Shown: positions 15,074 to 25,136, counted from the stretch's first letter. The stretch is DNA of 25,136 nucleotides from Methanomicrobia archaeon (GCA_021159325.1 JAGGSA010000115.1:1-25136); one strand, 5' to 3'. A program made the numbers and translations. Notes: generated by a model from the letters alone, not told the origin.

Positions 15074-16606
15074 ATGATAAACGGCGTTGGAAGAGATATA
15101 CCGGATGAAATAAAGGGTTATGGAAAGGTCAGGCATTATAAAGGTGCTTTCGAGTATGTTCCAACAGGGAACAGATATGGACCTGTAAAAAAATTCATCA
15201 AACCAGGGGAAGACAAAATAATGACCCTAAGAAATGTTATTAAAAAATATGTAAAGGATGGAATGACAATATCCTTTCATCATGCCTTCAGGAATGGGGA
15301 TGTTCTTGTAAACAGAGTACTCGATATATGCAGTGATCTGGGAATAAAAAATCTCAGGCTCTTTCCCTCAGCGTTATTTCCCTGTCATGAACCTGTAATA
15401 GAGCATATTAAAAACGGAGTTGTAACAAGAATAGAGGGAAGCATGAATGGACCTGTGGGAGAGGCTGTTTCGCATGGTATTCTTCCTTACCCGGCAGTAC
15501 TGAGATCCCATGGAAATCGGTACAGAACGGTGGAGGCTGGAGAAGTACATATAGATGTTGCATTTATAGCAGCACCCACCTCTGATGAATACGGGAATGC
15601 AAATGGAATATATGGACCAACGCCCTGTGGCCCCTTAATATACTCAAAAGTTGATTCATTGTATGCGGATAAGGTCATAGTTGTTACAAATAATCTTGTT
15701 GATTATCCAGCATTCCCCATGACGATAAAACAGACAGATGTGGATCATGTTGTGGTGGAGGATAATATAGGTGACCCTAAGGGCATAGTTTCAGGGACAC
15801 TGAGAATAACAAGATCCCCCAGAAGATTGAAGATAGCAAGAACAGTAGTTGATGTCATAAGGGCATCAGGTGTCCTGAAAGATGGATTCAGCTTTCAGGC
15901 TGGGGCAGGAGGGATATCCTTAGCAGTTACAAAGTATCTTGGAGAGGCCATGGAGGAAGAGGATATAGTGGGAAGTTTTGGAATGGGAGGAAGCACAAGG
16001 TATCTTGTGGATATTCTGAAAAAAGGAAGACTCAGGTGTATTCTTGAGGGGCAGTGCTTTGATGAGGAGGCTATAAAATCTCTCAGAGAGAACCCAAATC
16101 ATGTAATAGTTGATCCGAGTTTCTATGCGAACTACAACTCAAGAGGAAATGCGGTGTACAAAGAGGATGTGGCATTTCTCGGTGCTACAGAGATAGATAC
16201 AAAATTCAATGTGAATGTCAATACACACTCAGATGGTCTTCTTCTCCATGGAATAGGGGGTCATCAGGATGTTGCCTCAGGGGCAAGGATCTGCATAATC
16301 ACAGCACCGTTACTCAGAGATAGAATACCTGTTATAGTAAAGGATGTTACAACAGTCACAACTCCGGGGGAGACAGTGGATGTAGTTGTCACGGATGTTG
16401 GTGTTGCTGTTAACCCGAGGAGAAAAGATCTTTTAGAAAAACTTAAAGCTGCAGATATAGAGGTAAGAGATATAAAGGAACTTCAGGAAGAAGCTTATGA
16501 TATAGCAGGAGAACCTGAAAAACCAGAAACAAAAGATAGAATAATAGCGGTGATACAGTACAGGGATGGAAGTGTAATAGATGTGGTAAAGGAGGTAAAG
16601 GAATGA
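15074..16606 (+). CDS. citF: Citrate lyase alpha subunit (citrate CoA-transferase, CitF)
   Basis: 510 aa. The N-terminal NGVGRDIPDEIKGYGKV...RNVIKKYVKDGMTISFHHAFRNGD is typical of CitF. The ATG directly follows the citDE stop (TAAATG). Confidence 0.85.
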   Translation: MINGVGRDIPDEIKGYGKVRHYKGAFEYVPTGNRYGPVKKFIKPGEDKIMTLRNVIKKYVKDGMTISFHHAFRNGDVLVNRVLDICSDLGIKNLRLFPSALFPCHEPVIEHIKNGVVTRIEGSMNGPVGEAVSHGILPYPAVLRSHGNRYRTVEAGEVHIDVAFIAAPTSDEYGNANGIYGPTPCGPLIYSKVDSLYADKVIVVTNNLVDYPAFPMTIKQTDVDHVVVEDNIGDPKGIVSGTLRITRSPRRLKIARTVVDVIRASGVLKDGFSFQAGAGGISLAVTKYLGEAMEEEDIVGSFGMGGSTRYLVDILKKGRLRCILEGQCFDEEAIKSLRENPNHVIVDPSFYANYNSRGNAVYKEDVAFLGATEIDTKFNVNVNTHSDGLLLHGIGGHQDVASGARICIITAPLLRDRIPVIVKDVTTVTTPGETVDVVVTDVGVAVNPRRKDLLEKLKAADIEVRDIKELQEEAYDIAGEPEKPETKDRIIAVIQYRDGSVIDVVKEVKE

Positions 16607-17115
16607 GAATAAATGAGTTATTTCCATATATTGGTAAAATAGAGAGTGAATCTCTGAGAAATAAAACAGAAAAAGTGATAGAGTACGCATTAAGGGGATG
16701 GAATGAAAAAGATATAAAAAACATACCGTTCACACTCCTGGTAGAGACAGAGATTAATCTGATAGATCACATAAATACAGTTACAGAACTCAGTTACAGC
16801 ATTGGACTAATCATGAAGAAAAGGGGATTTAAAATAAATATGGATTATCTTATAGCTGGAGCTATTTTACACGATATAGGAAAATTCATAGAATATGAAA
16901 AAAAAGGAGATAAAATTGTACAGAGTTATCCTGGGAAACTTGTTAGACATCCTGTTTCCGGAGCTGGTATTGCAATGAGATTTGATCTTCCTGTGGAAAT
17001 AGTGAATATCATAGCAGCGCATTCAAAAGAGGGTGAGTTTGTAAAAAGAACTCCTGAGGCTATAATAGTACATCACTGTGATTTTATTCATTTTGAAAAT
17101 GTAAAAGCATTATGA
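16603..17115 (+). CDS. HD-domain metal-dependent phosphohydrolase (function unknown)
   Basis: 170 aa. An H...HD motif ([10 protein letters not shown]) and downstream His/Asp (HHCDF). ATGA overlap with the citF stop, and AGGAGGT 8 nt upstream. Confidence 0.6.
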   Translation: MRINELFPYIGKIESESLRNKTEKVIEYALRGWNEKDIKNIPFTLLVETEINLIDHINTVTELSYSIGLIMKKRGFKINMDYLIAGAILHDIGKFIEYEKKGDKIVQSYPGKLVRHPVSGAGIAMRFDLPVEIVNIIAAHSKEGEFVKRTPEAIIVHHCDFIHFENVKAL

Positions 17116-19910
17116 AAAGGATAAAGATTGTAGGAGCAAGAGAACACAACTTGAAGAATATAAACTTAGAACTTCCGAGAGATAAACTGATAGTTATCAC
17201 AGGAGTCTCAGGATCAGGTAAGTCCTCTCTGGCATTTGATACGATCTATGCAGAAGGTCAGAGGAGGTACGTTGAATCTTTATCTGCCTATGCAAGACAG
17301 TTTCTCGGACAGATGAAAAAGCCGGACGTTGAGTATATAGAGGGCCTCTCACCGGCTATATCAATAGAACAGAAGGGCATATCAAAAAATCCAAGATCCA
17401 CAGTGGGAACTGTTACAGAGATATATGATTACCTCAGACTTCTTTTTGCAAGAATAGGTATACCCCACTGTCCTCTCTGTGGAAAGGAGATAAGACAGCA
17501 GACATCCCAACAGATAATAGAGAATGTGATGAACCTCAATGGAAAAATAACTATATTTGCGCCAATAGCACGGGGAAAAAAAGGAGAATATAAAAAAGAG
17601 TTTGAAACTCTGAGGAGAGAGGGATTTGGAAAGGTGAGAGTTGATGGAGAGATAATAGATCTTGAAAATGATATATCTCTTGATAAGAAAAAGAAACATA
17701 ACATCGAGGTTTTAATAGACAGAATAAACCTTGATAAGTCAAAAGACAAAACAAGGATAGCAGATGCAGTTGAACTTGCTTTGAAAATAGGAGATGGGCT
17801 TGTGCTTGTATCATCTGATAGGGAGTATCTCTACAGTGAAAAGTTTGCATGTCCTGACTGTGGTATCAGTTTTGGTGAGATAGAACCAAGAATATTCTCT
17901 TTTAACTCCCCATTTGGTGCCTGTCCTGAGTGTAAGGGACTGGGATATAAGATTGAAATTGATCCTGATCTGGTCATTCCCGATAGATCCCTCTCCATTA
18001 TAGAAGGCGCTATAGCTCCTTGGGGAAATAATATGGATACATATTATATGAAGATGCTCAGAACAGTGGTGGAACATTACGGATATACTGTGGAGACACC
18101 CATTGAGGATATGGATGAGAAGGTTATAGATATAATACTCTATGGAACAAAAGAGAAGATAAAGTTTTCTTTTAAAGGAGAATCATCTCAGTGGTCATAT
18201 GAGGGGGGATTTGAAGGAGTGATCAGAAATCTTGAGAGGAGATTCAGGGAAACTTCCTCTGAGTATATAAGGAACGAAATAGGAAAATATATGAATGAAA
18301 AAGCATGTTCTTTCTGTAATGGAAAACGACTTAAAAAAGAAAGCCTGGCAGTTACCATAAATGGAAAAAATATAATAGAACTTACGGAGATGTCAATAAA
18401 GAAATTGTATAGATTTTTCAACAATTTAAAACTAACTGAAAGAGAAAAAATCATATCAAAGCAGATCTTGAAAGAGATAAAGAATAGACTGGAGTTTTTG
18501 ATCTCTGTGGGACTGGATTATCTGACACTCGATAGAAAATCTGCTACACTTTCTGGCGGGGAAGCTGAGAGGATAAGGCTTGCCACACAGATAGGTTCGA
18601 GTCTTGTAGGTGTTCTATATATTCTTGATGAGCCGTCCATAGGGTTGCATCAGAGAGATAATACCCGACTGATCCAGACCCTGAAGAAACTGAGAGATTT
18701 GGGAAATACCGTGATTGTTATAGAGCATGATGAAAATATGATAAGAAATGCTGATCATATTGTTGATATGGGACCAGGTGCTGGAGAACATGGAGGAAGA
18801 GTTGTTGCTCAGGGCAACCTGGAAGAAGTAATGAATAACTCCGAATCTCTTACAGGAAAGTATCTAAAAGGTGTTTTGAAGATAGAAGTTCCAAAAAAAA
18901 GAAGAAAATCCAATAAATTTTTAAAAATAACAGGTGTGAGACATAATAATCTAAAAAATATAACTGTTGAAATTCCTCTGGGGGTTTTTGTCTGTATTAC
19001 AGGTGTATCTGGATCCGGGAAATCCTCCCTTATAAACGATACACTGTACAGAGCGATAGCCCAGAAACTTTACAGAGCCAAGGAAAAACCAGGAAGATAT
19101 GAGAATATAATTGGGCTTGAGAACATAGATAAGGTGGTGGTCATAGATCAGTCTCCCATAGGAAGAACTCCAAGATCCAATCCTGCCACATATACAGGTG
19201 TTTTCACGCCTATCAGAGAGTTATTTTCCATGCTTCCAGAATCAAAAATAAGGGGATATTCCCCTGGAAGATTCAGTTTCAATGTAAAAGGAGGAAGATG
19301 CGATGCATGTGAGGGGCATGGACTGATAAAAATAGAGATGCACTTCCTTCCTGATGTTTATGTACCCTGTGAGGTATGTAAGGGAAAAAGATTCAATAAG
19401 GAGACACTTGAGGTGAAGTACAAGGGTAAAAACATAGCAGATGTTCTTGATATGAGTGTTGAGGAGGCTTTGAATTTCTTTGAGAATATCCCGAGGATAA
19501 AGAGAATTCTTCAGACGCTTTACGATGTTGGCATGGGATATATAAAACTTGGACAGTCAGCTACCACTCTTTCTGGAGGCGAAGCCCAGAGAGTAAAACT
19601 TGCAAAGGAACTGAGTAAGAGAGCCACAGGAAGAACGTTATATATTCTTGATGAGCCAACTACAGGGTTGCACTTTGATGATATAAAGAAGCTTCTGAAT
19701 GTCCTCAATAGACTGGTAGATAGGGGAAATACAGTTCTTGTGATAGAACATAATCTTGATGTTATAAAAAATGCAGATTATATAATAGATTTAGGCCCTG
19801 AGGGAGGAGATAAGGGAGGATATGTCGTGGCCAAAGGAACTCCTGAAGATATAGTAAAGAAGAATACATATACTGGTCAGTTTCTGGAAAAAGTCTTGAT
19901 TAGCTCATGA
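17112..19910 (+). CDS. uvrA: Excinuclease ABC subunit A (UvrA)
   Basis: 932 aa. Two ABC ATPase modules ([10 protein letters not shown] twice, with LSGGE signature motifs) and Zn-finger CxxC pairs. ATGA overlap with the HD gene stop. Confidence 0.95.
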   Translation: MKRIKIVGAREHNLKNINLELPRDKLIVITGVSGSGKSSLAFDTIYAEGQRRYVESLSAYARQFLGQMKKPDVEYIEGLSPAISIEQKGISKNPRSTVGTVTEIYDYLRLLFARIGIPHCPLCGKEIRQQTSQQIIENVMNLNGKITIFAPIARGKKGEYKKEFETLRREGFGKVRVDGEIIDLENDISLDKKKKHNIEVLIDRINLDKSKDKTRIADAVELALKIGDGLVLVSSDREYLYSEKFACPDCGISFGEIEPRIFSFNSPFGACPECKGLGYKIEIDPDLVIPDRSLSIIEGAIAPWGNNMDTYYMKMLRTVVEHYGYTVETPIEDMDEKVIDIILYGTKEKIKFSFKGESSQWSYEGGFEGVIRNLERRFRETSSEYIRNEIGKYMNEKACSFCNGKRLKKESLAVTINGKNIIELTEMSIKKLYRFFNNLKLTEREKIISKQILKEIKNRLEFLISVGLDYLTLDRKSATLSGGEAERIRLATQIGSSLVGVLYILDEPSIGLHQRDNTRLIQTLKKLRDLGNTVIVIEHDENMIRNADHIVDMGPGAGEHGGRVVAQGNLEEVMNNSESLTGKYLKGVLKIEVPKKRRKSNKFLKITGVRHNNLKNITVEIPLGVFVCITGVSGSGKSSLINDTLYRAIAQKLYRAKEKPGRYENIIGLENIDKVVVIDQSPIGRTPRSNPATYTGVFTPIRELFSMLPESKIRGYSPGRFSFNVKGGRCDACEGHGLIKIEMHFLPDVYVPCEVCKGKRFNKETLEVKYKGKNIADVLDMSVEEALNFFENIPRIKRILQTLYDVGMGYIKLGQSATTLSGGEAQRVKLAKELSKRATGRTLYILDEPTTGLHFDDIKKLLNVLNRLVDRGNTVLVIEHNLDVIKNADYIIDLGPEGGDKGGYVVAKGTPEDIVKKNTYTGQFLEKVLISS

Positions 19911-20006
19911 AGGAATGAACTTGCCAAGATAAATTCCAATTTTCTGAATTCTCTTCCCGTCTGAAATGGGGATATCCTTTCGTTTAATATCTTTCATAAT
20001 TTTATC

Positions 20007-21065
20007 TCACACATCTCTCTCTATAAGATACTCCATAAAGGATTGCAGTGTTTTTTTAGCCTCAGACTCCTTCAGGACTTTCTCTGCTTCTTTCCAGGCA
20101 TCTTTAAGCATCTTCCTGGCAAGATTCTTTGCATAGTTAACAGCATCATACTTCTCTATTATTTTTATGGCTTCATTTATCAGATTTTTATCCTTTGTAT
20201 GAGAATCCAGAATTTCAATAAGTCTTTTTTTGTCCTTTTCCTCCCCTCTCTCAAGAACTCTTATCACCATCAGAGATCTTTTCCCCTCAGTTATATCATT
20301 TCCGAATGCTTTCCCGAACTTTTTTCTCTCCTTTGCTGTTATATCAAGGATATCATCCTGTATTTGAAATCCTATTCCTATTGTCTCAGCCATTTTTCCA
20401 AGAATTTTCTCTGTTTTTTCATCTTTTCCAGAAAGAAGAGCAGCTAAACGTGCGGAAAGTCTTGCAAGTGTCCCTGTTTTAAAGCTCACCATCTGCAAAT
20501 ACTGTTTTTCTGTTATGCCTCTATTTCCTCCTTTATGCCAGAATATATCCATAGCCTGACCAAAATGCAGATTTATCATCTCCTGAGAATATATCTCAAA
20601 AGCTTTTTCCTTAACAGAAGTATCAAGATCAGAATCCATTATGATCTTTAAAGGGATAAAATAGATGGCATTTCCAGCGTTTATAGCGATATCTTCTCCA
20701 TATATCTTATGGAGACATTTTTTTCCTCTCCTTAAGGAAGAATTATCCTCTATGTCATCTATTATTATAGTTCCATTATGGATAAACTCTATAAGTGCTA
20801 CAAAATCCAGAACTTTTTCTGTATCTCCTCCAAGAGCTTCTGTTAACAGCATAAATAAAGCAGGTCTCCATCTTTTTCCTCCTCTATCAAGAAAATCCCA
20901 TACAGGCTCTGATATAGCTCTATTTGCAGAGTCTATATCAAAAGAGTATTTCTCCTTTCCGAGAATATTTCTTAAAGTTCTTTCATTGAACTTCCTTGGT
21001 ATGTATTTTTCAAGTACAGAGTCAATCACTTCCTTTTTTTCCTTAAGATACAGATTTATATCCAA
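20007..21065 (-). CDS. idsA: Geranylgeranyl (or longer short-chain) diphosphate synthase, trans-isoprenyl diphosphate synthase family
   Basis: Asp-rich motifs IIIDDIEDNSSLRRGK (FARM) and FQIQDDILD (SARM), plus the KRWRP motif. The start codon is TTG at 21063-21065, with GAGGTGAT 4-5 nt upstream. The first in-frame ATG is ~70 codons in and would delete conserved sequence. Confidence 0.8.
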   Translation of the reverse strand: MDINLYLKEKKEVIDSVLEKYIPRKFNERTLRNILGKEKYSFDIDSANRAISEPVWDFLDRGGKRWRPALFMLLTEALGGDTEKVLDFVALIEFIHNGTIIIDDIEDNSSLRRGKKCLHKIYGEDIAINAGNAIYFIPLKIIMDSDLDTSVKEKAFEIYSQEMINLHFGQAMDIFWHKGGNRGITEKQYLQMVSFKTGTLARLSARLAALLSGKDEKTEKILGKMAETIGIGFQIQDDILDITAKERKKFGKAFGNDITEGKRSLMVIRVLERGEEKDKKRLIEILDSHTKDKNLINEAIKIIEKYDAVNYAKNLARKMLKDAWKEAEKVLKESEAKKTLQSFMEYLIERDV

Positions 21066-21069
21066 AATA

Positions 21070-22269
21070 TCACCTCAGAACTGTATTATCTTCCATATTT
21101 TTATCCACGATCCTTCCAGGATATACACAGCAGGAGCTTCCTATTATTCTCCCCGGATATATCGTTACATTTATTCCTGTTTTTGTATTACTTCCCATAA
21201 TACATCCCATTTTTCTTCTCCCTGAGTTTATTTTTTTACCCTTTACCTCCATAAAAACAGTTTTATCGTCGAATCTGAGATTTGCCACCATCGTCCCGGC
21301 TCCCAAATTGCAGTTCTCATCTATTATGGAGTCACCGACATAGTTGAAATGCGGGATATTTGTTTTATCATATATTATGGAGTTTTTGATCTCGCTCATT
21401 CCTATATGGCAGTTATTTCCTATTACAGTATTTTTCCTTATAAAAGAGTTTGGACCTATTTTACAGCTTTTTCCTATCACCACAGGACCAACTATGTAGC
21501 TTCCCTCTCTCACTGTTGTTTCTTCTCCTATGTATACAGGGGGGATGATTTTAACATTTTTCTCTACATTTCCAAGAATTTTATGTTCCAGTTTTTCCAT
21601 TATAAACTCGTTAGTATTAAGAATATCCCAGAAATACCCTATATCATTCCAGAAACCTTTATACTCCAGAACCTTTGCATTGCATCTATTAAGGGCATCC
21701 GTTATTTCATATTCATTTCTTTCAGATTTTTTTATTTTTTTTATAGCTTCCAGGACTTCATCTGTGAAGAAATATACCCCTATATTTGCCAGGTTGGAGG
21801 ATGGATTTTTTTCTTTTTCGCAGATCTTTAAAAAATCGTTTCCTTCTTTATAAACAACTCCATAATTTTCGGGATCATCTACTTTTTTTACACTTATAAC
21901 ATTCATATTATACTTTGAATACAGTTTTATCACATCTGAGATGAGATAGGGTTCAAAGAATATATCACCATTGATGCACAGAAACTCATCATAAGGAGAT
22001 AATGAAATGGCAGAGGCAGTGCCACTGACCTCTCTCTGTTCTATGAATCTTATATTCAGATCGTACCTTTTTATATACTCTTTTATATGGTCTGTCAATA
22101 TTTCCTTTCTGTAATTCACAACGAAACTTATCTCATCAAAATCTTTCAGAGAATCTATAATATAATCTATAATCGTTTTTTCACCAATTCTTATTAACGG
22201 TTTTGGCCTTGAGTTGGTGAGTGGTCTTAAACGTGTACCCAGTCCTGCCGCTAAAACTAATGCTTCCAT
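21070..22269 (-). CDS. Bifunctional sugar-1-phosphate nucleotidylyltransferase / acetyltransferase (GlmU-like; NTP-transferase domain + left-handed beta-helix hexapeptide domain)
   Basis: 399 aa. The N-terminal LVLAAGLGTRLRPLTNSRPKPL is the G-x-G-T-R nucleotidyltransferase motif. The C-terminal third has hexapeptide repeats ([LIV]-G-x-x-x-x). Confidence 0.75.
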   Translation of the reverse strand: MEALVLAAGLGTRLRPLTNSRPKPLIRIGEKTIIDYIIDSLKDFDEISFVVNYRKEILTDHIKEYIKRYDLNIRFIEQREVSGTASAISLSPYDEFLCINGDIFFEPYLISDVIKLYSKYNMNVISVKKVDDPENYGVVYKEGNDFLKICEKEKNPSSNLANIGVYFFTDEVLEAIKKIKKSERNEYEITDALNRCNAKVLEYKGFWNDIGYFWDILNTNEFIMEKLEHKILGNVEKNVKIIPPVYIGEETTVREGSYIVGPVVIGKSCKIGPNSFIRKNTVIGNNCHIGMSEIKNSIIYDKTNIPHFNYVGDSIIDENCNLGAGTMVANLRFDDKTVFMEVKGKKINSGRRKMGCIMGSNTKTGINVTIYPGRIIGSSCCVYPGRIVDKNMEDNTVLR

Positions 22270-22301
22270 AACACTGTATAAATAAAAAAGAATAAAAAGA
22301 T

Positions 22302-24269
22302 TTACTCTATTCTTGCACCATTTTTTACATCTTTATCCACAGTTGCCAGAGAGATATTATCCCCATCTACAGCAGCGAGAAGCATCCCCTGAGATTCAAC
22401 GCCAAATAGTTTTGCAGGTTCCAGATTGGATACCACTATTATCTTTTTTCCTATTAATTCCTCAGGGCTATAATACTGAGCTATACCTGCCACAAGCTGT
22501 CTCTCTTCCCCTATATCTACTCTTAGTTTCAGAAGCTTTTTCGATCCTTTGATAGGCTCTGCAGATTTTATTTCTCCAACTTTCAGCTCAATTTTCTTAA
22601 ATTCATCATATTTTATCATTCCATCACCTCTTTTTCCTCTGAATTTTTCTTTATATTTCTCCAGACTTTTATCATCTATCTTTTTAAACGGGATTTTTAT
22701 ATCCTCAAGTTCATGATCTCCAATATCAAGGGGGATATTATTTATATTCTCTTTTTTTACTTCTCCTTTAAATCCTAACTGTTCCCACAATTTCTGGGAT
22801 GATGATGATATTACTGGATACATGGCCACTGCAATTATTACGCACAACTCACAGACTGTCCTCAGAACTTTTTTACATCTTTCTTCATCCTCTTTTATAA
22901 GTTTCCATGGCTCATTTTTCTGGAAGTACTGATTTCCAAGATCTGATATCTTTAAAAGTGTTTTAACAGCTTCTTTGAATTTGAGACTCCACAACTCTTC
23001 TTTGTATTTATCAAGGAGTTTAAATGCCTCTTTTATTACATTTTCATCACTTTTCACGTCCGGAACTTTTCCATAATGTTTCTTTGTGAATGAAAGGCTT
23101 CTGTAAAGGAAGTTTCCAAGATTTCCAACCAAGTTGTTATTTATATGTTCCTGAAATCCCTCCCATTCAAAATCTGTATCTTTTGTGGAGGGTCTTATGC
23201 TTATGAGGTAAAATCTCCAGAGATCGGGAGGTATCTCAAGTTTCATTATATCGTCTCCAAATACCCCTCTGTTCTGCGACTTGCTGAACTGTCCTCCTTC
23301 ATAGTTGAGATACTCATTGGATCCTATCATATCTGGCAGAAGCCAGTTTTCCTCTGTTCCAAGAAGGGATGCAGGCCATATCAGTGTGTGAAAGGGAACA
23401 TTATCCTTCCCCATGAAACAGTAGAGCCTTGTCTCTTCAGGATTCAACCACCAGTCTCTCCATTCTTTTGTATATTCGTAGGTAGATCCTATGTACTCAA
23501 TAGGTGCATCAAACCATACATAGAAAACTTTATCCTCATATCCCTTTAGAGGGACTCTGATCCCCCATTTCAAGTCTCTTGTTATGCATCTCGGCTCTAA
23601 ACCTTTTTCTATCCATGCCAGGGGAAGATTTTTTATTATTCCTGACCATTCCTTTGATTCTATCCATTTTTTTACTTTTTCTGAGAGTTTTGGAAGGTCA
23701 AGATAGAGATGTTTTGATTTTCTCAAAACAGGTGTGGAACCACAGATTATGCATCTTGGATTTATCAACTCTGTGGGATCAAGAAGCCGGGTACATTCAT
23801 CACACTGATCTCCTTTAGCATCTGGATTTCCGCAGTAGGGGCATTCTCCAACTACATATGTGTCAGGAAGAAATTTCCTGCATTTTTCACAGTACAGCTG
23901 TTCTATTTCTTTTTCGAAGATATACCCATTTTCATACAGTTTTAAAAATATATGTTGGGTAAGTTCATGATTTTCTTTACTTGATGATCTTCCAAAGTTA
24001 TCAAACTCGACCCCCATCCATCTAAATATATTCAGTATTTTCTCATGCATCATTTTACAGTATTCATCCGGAGTCATTCCCCTTTTTTCAGCCTCTATCT
24101 CTGTTCTTGTCCCATGTTCATCTGTTGCGCAGATATAAATGGCTTTTTCCCCGTTTATTTTCAAAAATTTTGAGAATACATCTGCTGAGAGTATTGGAAT
24201 TAAATTTCCAAGATGGGGAACTGCGTTTACATAGGGCAGAGCCGATGTTACCAAGTACTTCACTTGCAT
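22302..24269 (-). CDS. metG: Methionyl-tRNA synthetase with C-terminal EMAP/Trbp111-like tRNA-binding domain
   Basis: Start chosen at ATG 24267-24269 (MQVKYLVTSALPYVNAVPHLGNL). HLGN (HIGH-class) and QFSKS (KMSKS) motifs, a CPYC...CDEC...CIIC Zn knuckle, and a C-terminal OB-fold region (IELKVGEIKSAEP...GVESQGMLLAA). A TATA-like TTTATATTC on the minus strand (24291-24299) lies ~25 nt upstream, consistent with a leaderless mRNA. The track's N-rich 22-aa extension is rejected. Confidence 0.9.
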   Translation of the reverse strand: MQVKYLVTSALPYVNAVPHLGNLIPILSADVFSKFLKINGEKAIYICATDEHGTRTEIEAEKRGMTPDEYCKMMHEKILNIFRWMGVEFDNFGRSSSKENHELTQHIFLKLYENGYIFEKEIEQLYCEKCRKFLPDTYVVGECPYCGNPDAKGDQCDECTRLLDPTELINPRCIICGSTPVLRKSKHLYLDLPKLSEKVKKWIESKEWSGIIKNLPLAWIEKGLEPRCITRDLKWGIRVPLKGYEDKVFYVWFDAPIEYIGSTYEYTKEWRDWWLNPEETRLYCFMGKDNVPFHTLIWPASLLGTEENWLLPDMIGSNEYLNYEGGQFSKSQNRGVFGDDIMKLEIPPDLWRFYLISIRPSTKDTDFEWEGFQEHINNNLVGNLGNFLYRSLSFTKKHYGKVPDVKSDENVIKEAFKLLDKYKEELWSLKFKEAVKTLLKISDLGNQYFQKNEPWKLIKEDEERCKKVLRTVCELCVIIAVAMYPVISSSSQKLWEQLGFKGEVKKENINNIPLDIGDHELEDIKIPFKKIDDKSLEKYKEKFRGKRGDGMIKYDEFKKIELKVGEIKSAEPIKGSKKLLKLRVDIGEERQLVAGIAQYYSPEELIGKKIIVVSNLEPAKLFGVESQGMLLAAVDGDNISLATVDKDVKNGARIE

Positions 24270-24290
24270 CACCGAATTTTTATTATTGTT

Positions 24291-24300
24291 GAATATAAAA
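24291..24300 (-). promoter_or_regulatory. TATA-like box upstream of metG (leaderless spacing)
   Basis: The plus-strand ttgaatataaa reads TTTATATTCAA on the minus strand, centred ~27 nt upstream of the ATG at 24269. Confidence 0.35.
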
Positions 24301-24517
24301 AACTTTCTATTTTTCTTATCTGGAGTTATTACCATAGGTAATATTTTTGAGGTTCAGGAAAATCTTTATATGCTCATAAACATCGTTTCTATCTCTTCCA
24401 CTTCTATTCTTCTTTCACCCCCGTTCCATATTTTGAAATATTTGGGGTTTTCGCTAGAATTGTGCAACAAAGCATGAGCGAGAAAACATTTAAATATAAT
24501 TTTATAGAGTTTTTAGT

Positions 24518-25136
24518 ATGATGACCAGAGAGGAGTACAAGAGGCAGTTTGTTCACATTTTTATGGGAATCTGGTCTATTTATCCATTGTTTTTAACAAA
24601 AAACCAGGCACTGTGTATTCCTCTGATCATGGCAGTTCTTGTGATTTTTTTCTGGAGACCAAATGGCTTATGGAAGAGAGGATTTGAGTTCATGGCGAGA
24701 GAAGAGGATTATAGATACGGGATTCTTGTCGGTCCATTAATATACATTGTAGCGATAGAGCTCTGCGTTTTTCTCTTTCCTGTTTACGTTTCAGCTATGT
24801 GTATCGGTATCTTGGCATTGGGGGATGGATTTTCTACGATAATAGGTAAAAATCTTGGAAAACATAAGCAGTGGATAGACAAGAATAAGACTTATGAAGG
24901 AAGTTTAGGGTTCTTTGCAGCTTCTTTTTTGTATGCTCTGTTAATTTTGAGCTTCATTTCGCCTATCAAAGAGTTTAGTTACATATTAAAGATAGCTCTT
25001 GCCGGAAGTATATCGGGGATGCTTGTAGAAACTTTACCATTTGAGAATAATAGAGGTAATCAGAGGCTTTTTTCGAGAATAATAATAGATGACAATTTCT
25101 TTATACCAGTTGTCTCCAGTGTATTTATGTATTTAG
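24518..25136 (+). CDS. Integral membrane protein, 3'-truncated by window edge; polyprenol/dolichol-kinase or cytidylyltransferase-like (CTP-transferase-type GDGxS...G motif)
   Basis: I translated this by hand from ATG 24518 (MMTREEYKRQFVHIFMGIWSIYPLFL...ALGDGFSTIIGKNLGKHK...). It has several hydrophobic helices and no stop before the window end. It is not in the ORF track because it lacks a stop. Confidence 0.35.
   Translation, partial: MMTREEYKRQFVHIFMGIWSIYPLFLTKNQALCIPLIMAVLVIFFWRPNGLWKRGFEFMAREEDYRYGILVGPLIYIVAIELCVFLFPVYVSAMCIGILALGDGFSTIIGKNLGKHKQWIDKNKTYEGSLGFFAASFLYALLILSFISPIKEFSYILKIALAGSISGMLVETLPFENNRGNQRLFSRIIIDDNFFIPVVSSVFMYL

Noticed and set aside
19911-20006. Possible hairpin terminator between convergent uvrA and GGPP synthase (tcccgtctgaaatgggga)
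   Set aside because: The stem is short and imperfect. It is insufficient to call.
24270-24335. N-rich 22-aa N-terminal extension of MetRS
   Set aside because: It has low-complexity N/K-rich sequence and no SD. A TATA-like box is positioned for a leaderless start at 24269, and the conserved MetRS N-terminus begins there.

Overview
This window reads as an AT-rich (about 35% GC), densely packed archaeal chromosomal segment of mostly housekeeping genes. The archaeal call rests on several observations: tRNA-Tyr with a C1-G72 pair; an AK6/Fap7-type adenylate kinase; an aIF-2B-family protein; geranylgeranyl-diphosphate synthase; tungsten-type aldehyde:ferredoxin oxidoreductase; and TATA-like boxes about 25-30 nt upstream of apparently leaderless starts, alongside GGAGG/GGTGA Shine-Dalgarno sites. 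I support the following features: tRNA-Tyr(GTA) and tRNA-Arg(TCG); a TsaA/TrmO-like methyltransferase; a secreted parallel beta-helix surface protein; a degenerate sensor-kinase-like membrane protein placed divergently to a BlaI/CopY-family repressor; AK6; enolase; AOR; a CitD-CitE fusion plus CitF (citrate lyase) translationally coupled to an HD-domain protein and UvrA; GGPP synthase (TTG start); a GlmU-like bifunctional sugar-1-P nucleotidylyltransferase/acetyltransferase; and MetRS. I also call a 3'-truncated polyprenol-kinase/cytidylyltransferase-like membrane protein at the right edge, but at low confidence (0.35). The most unusual region is a tightly coupled four-gene minus-strand operon (10469->6209). 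Its first gene is a signal-peptide/TM/Zn-ribbon (DUF2207-like) membrane protein ending in a Cys-rich (CxC)n-GGGGF tail, encoded by a conspicuous imperfect (CA/CG)n alternating purine-pyrimidine tract. A radical-SAM/SPASM enzyme with an N-terminal PqqD-like RRE follows, overlapping it by 1 nt (TGATG). A coiled-coil protein and an SPFH (band-7) protein with two C-terminal Zn-ribbons complete the operon. This looks like a candidate, apparently undescribed, protein-tail maturation / membrane-scaffold system. Other odd points: the cit cluster lacks CitC/G/X in the window, palindromes flank the cit TATA box, and a G4/i-motif-capable GC-rich element lies at the left edge. No CRISPR array, IS element or integrase is visible.
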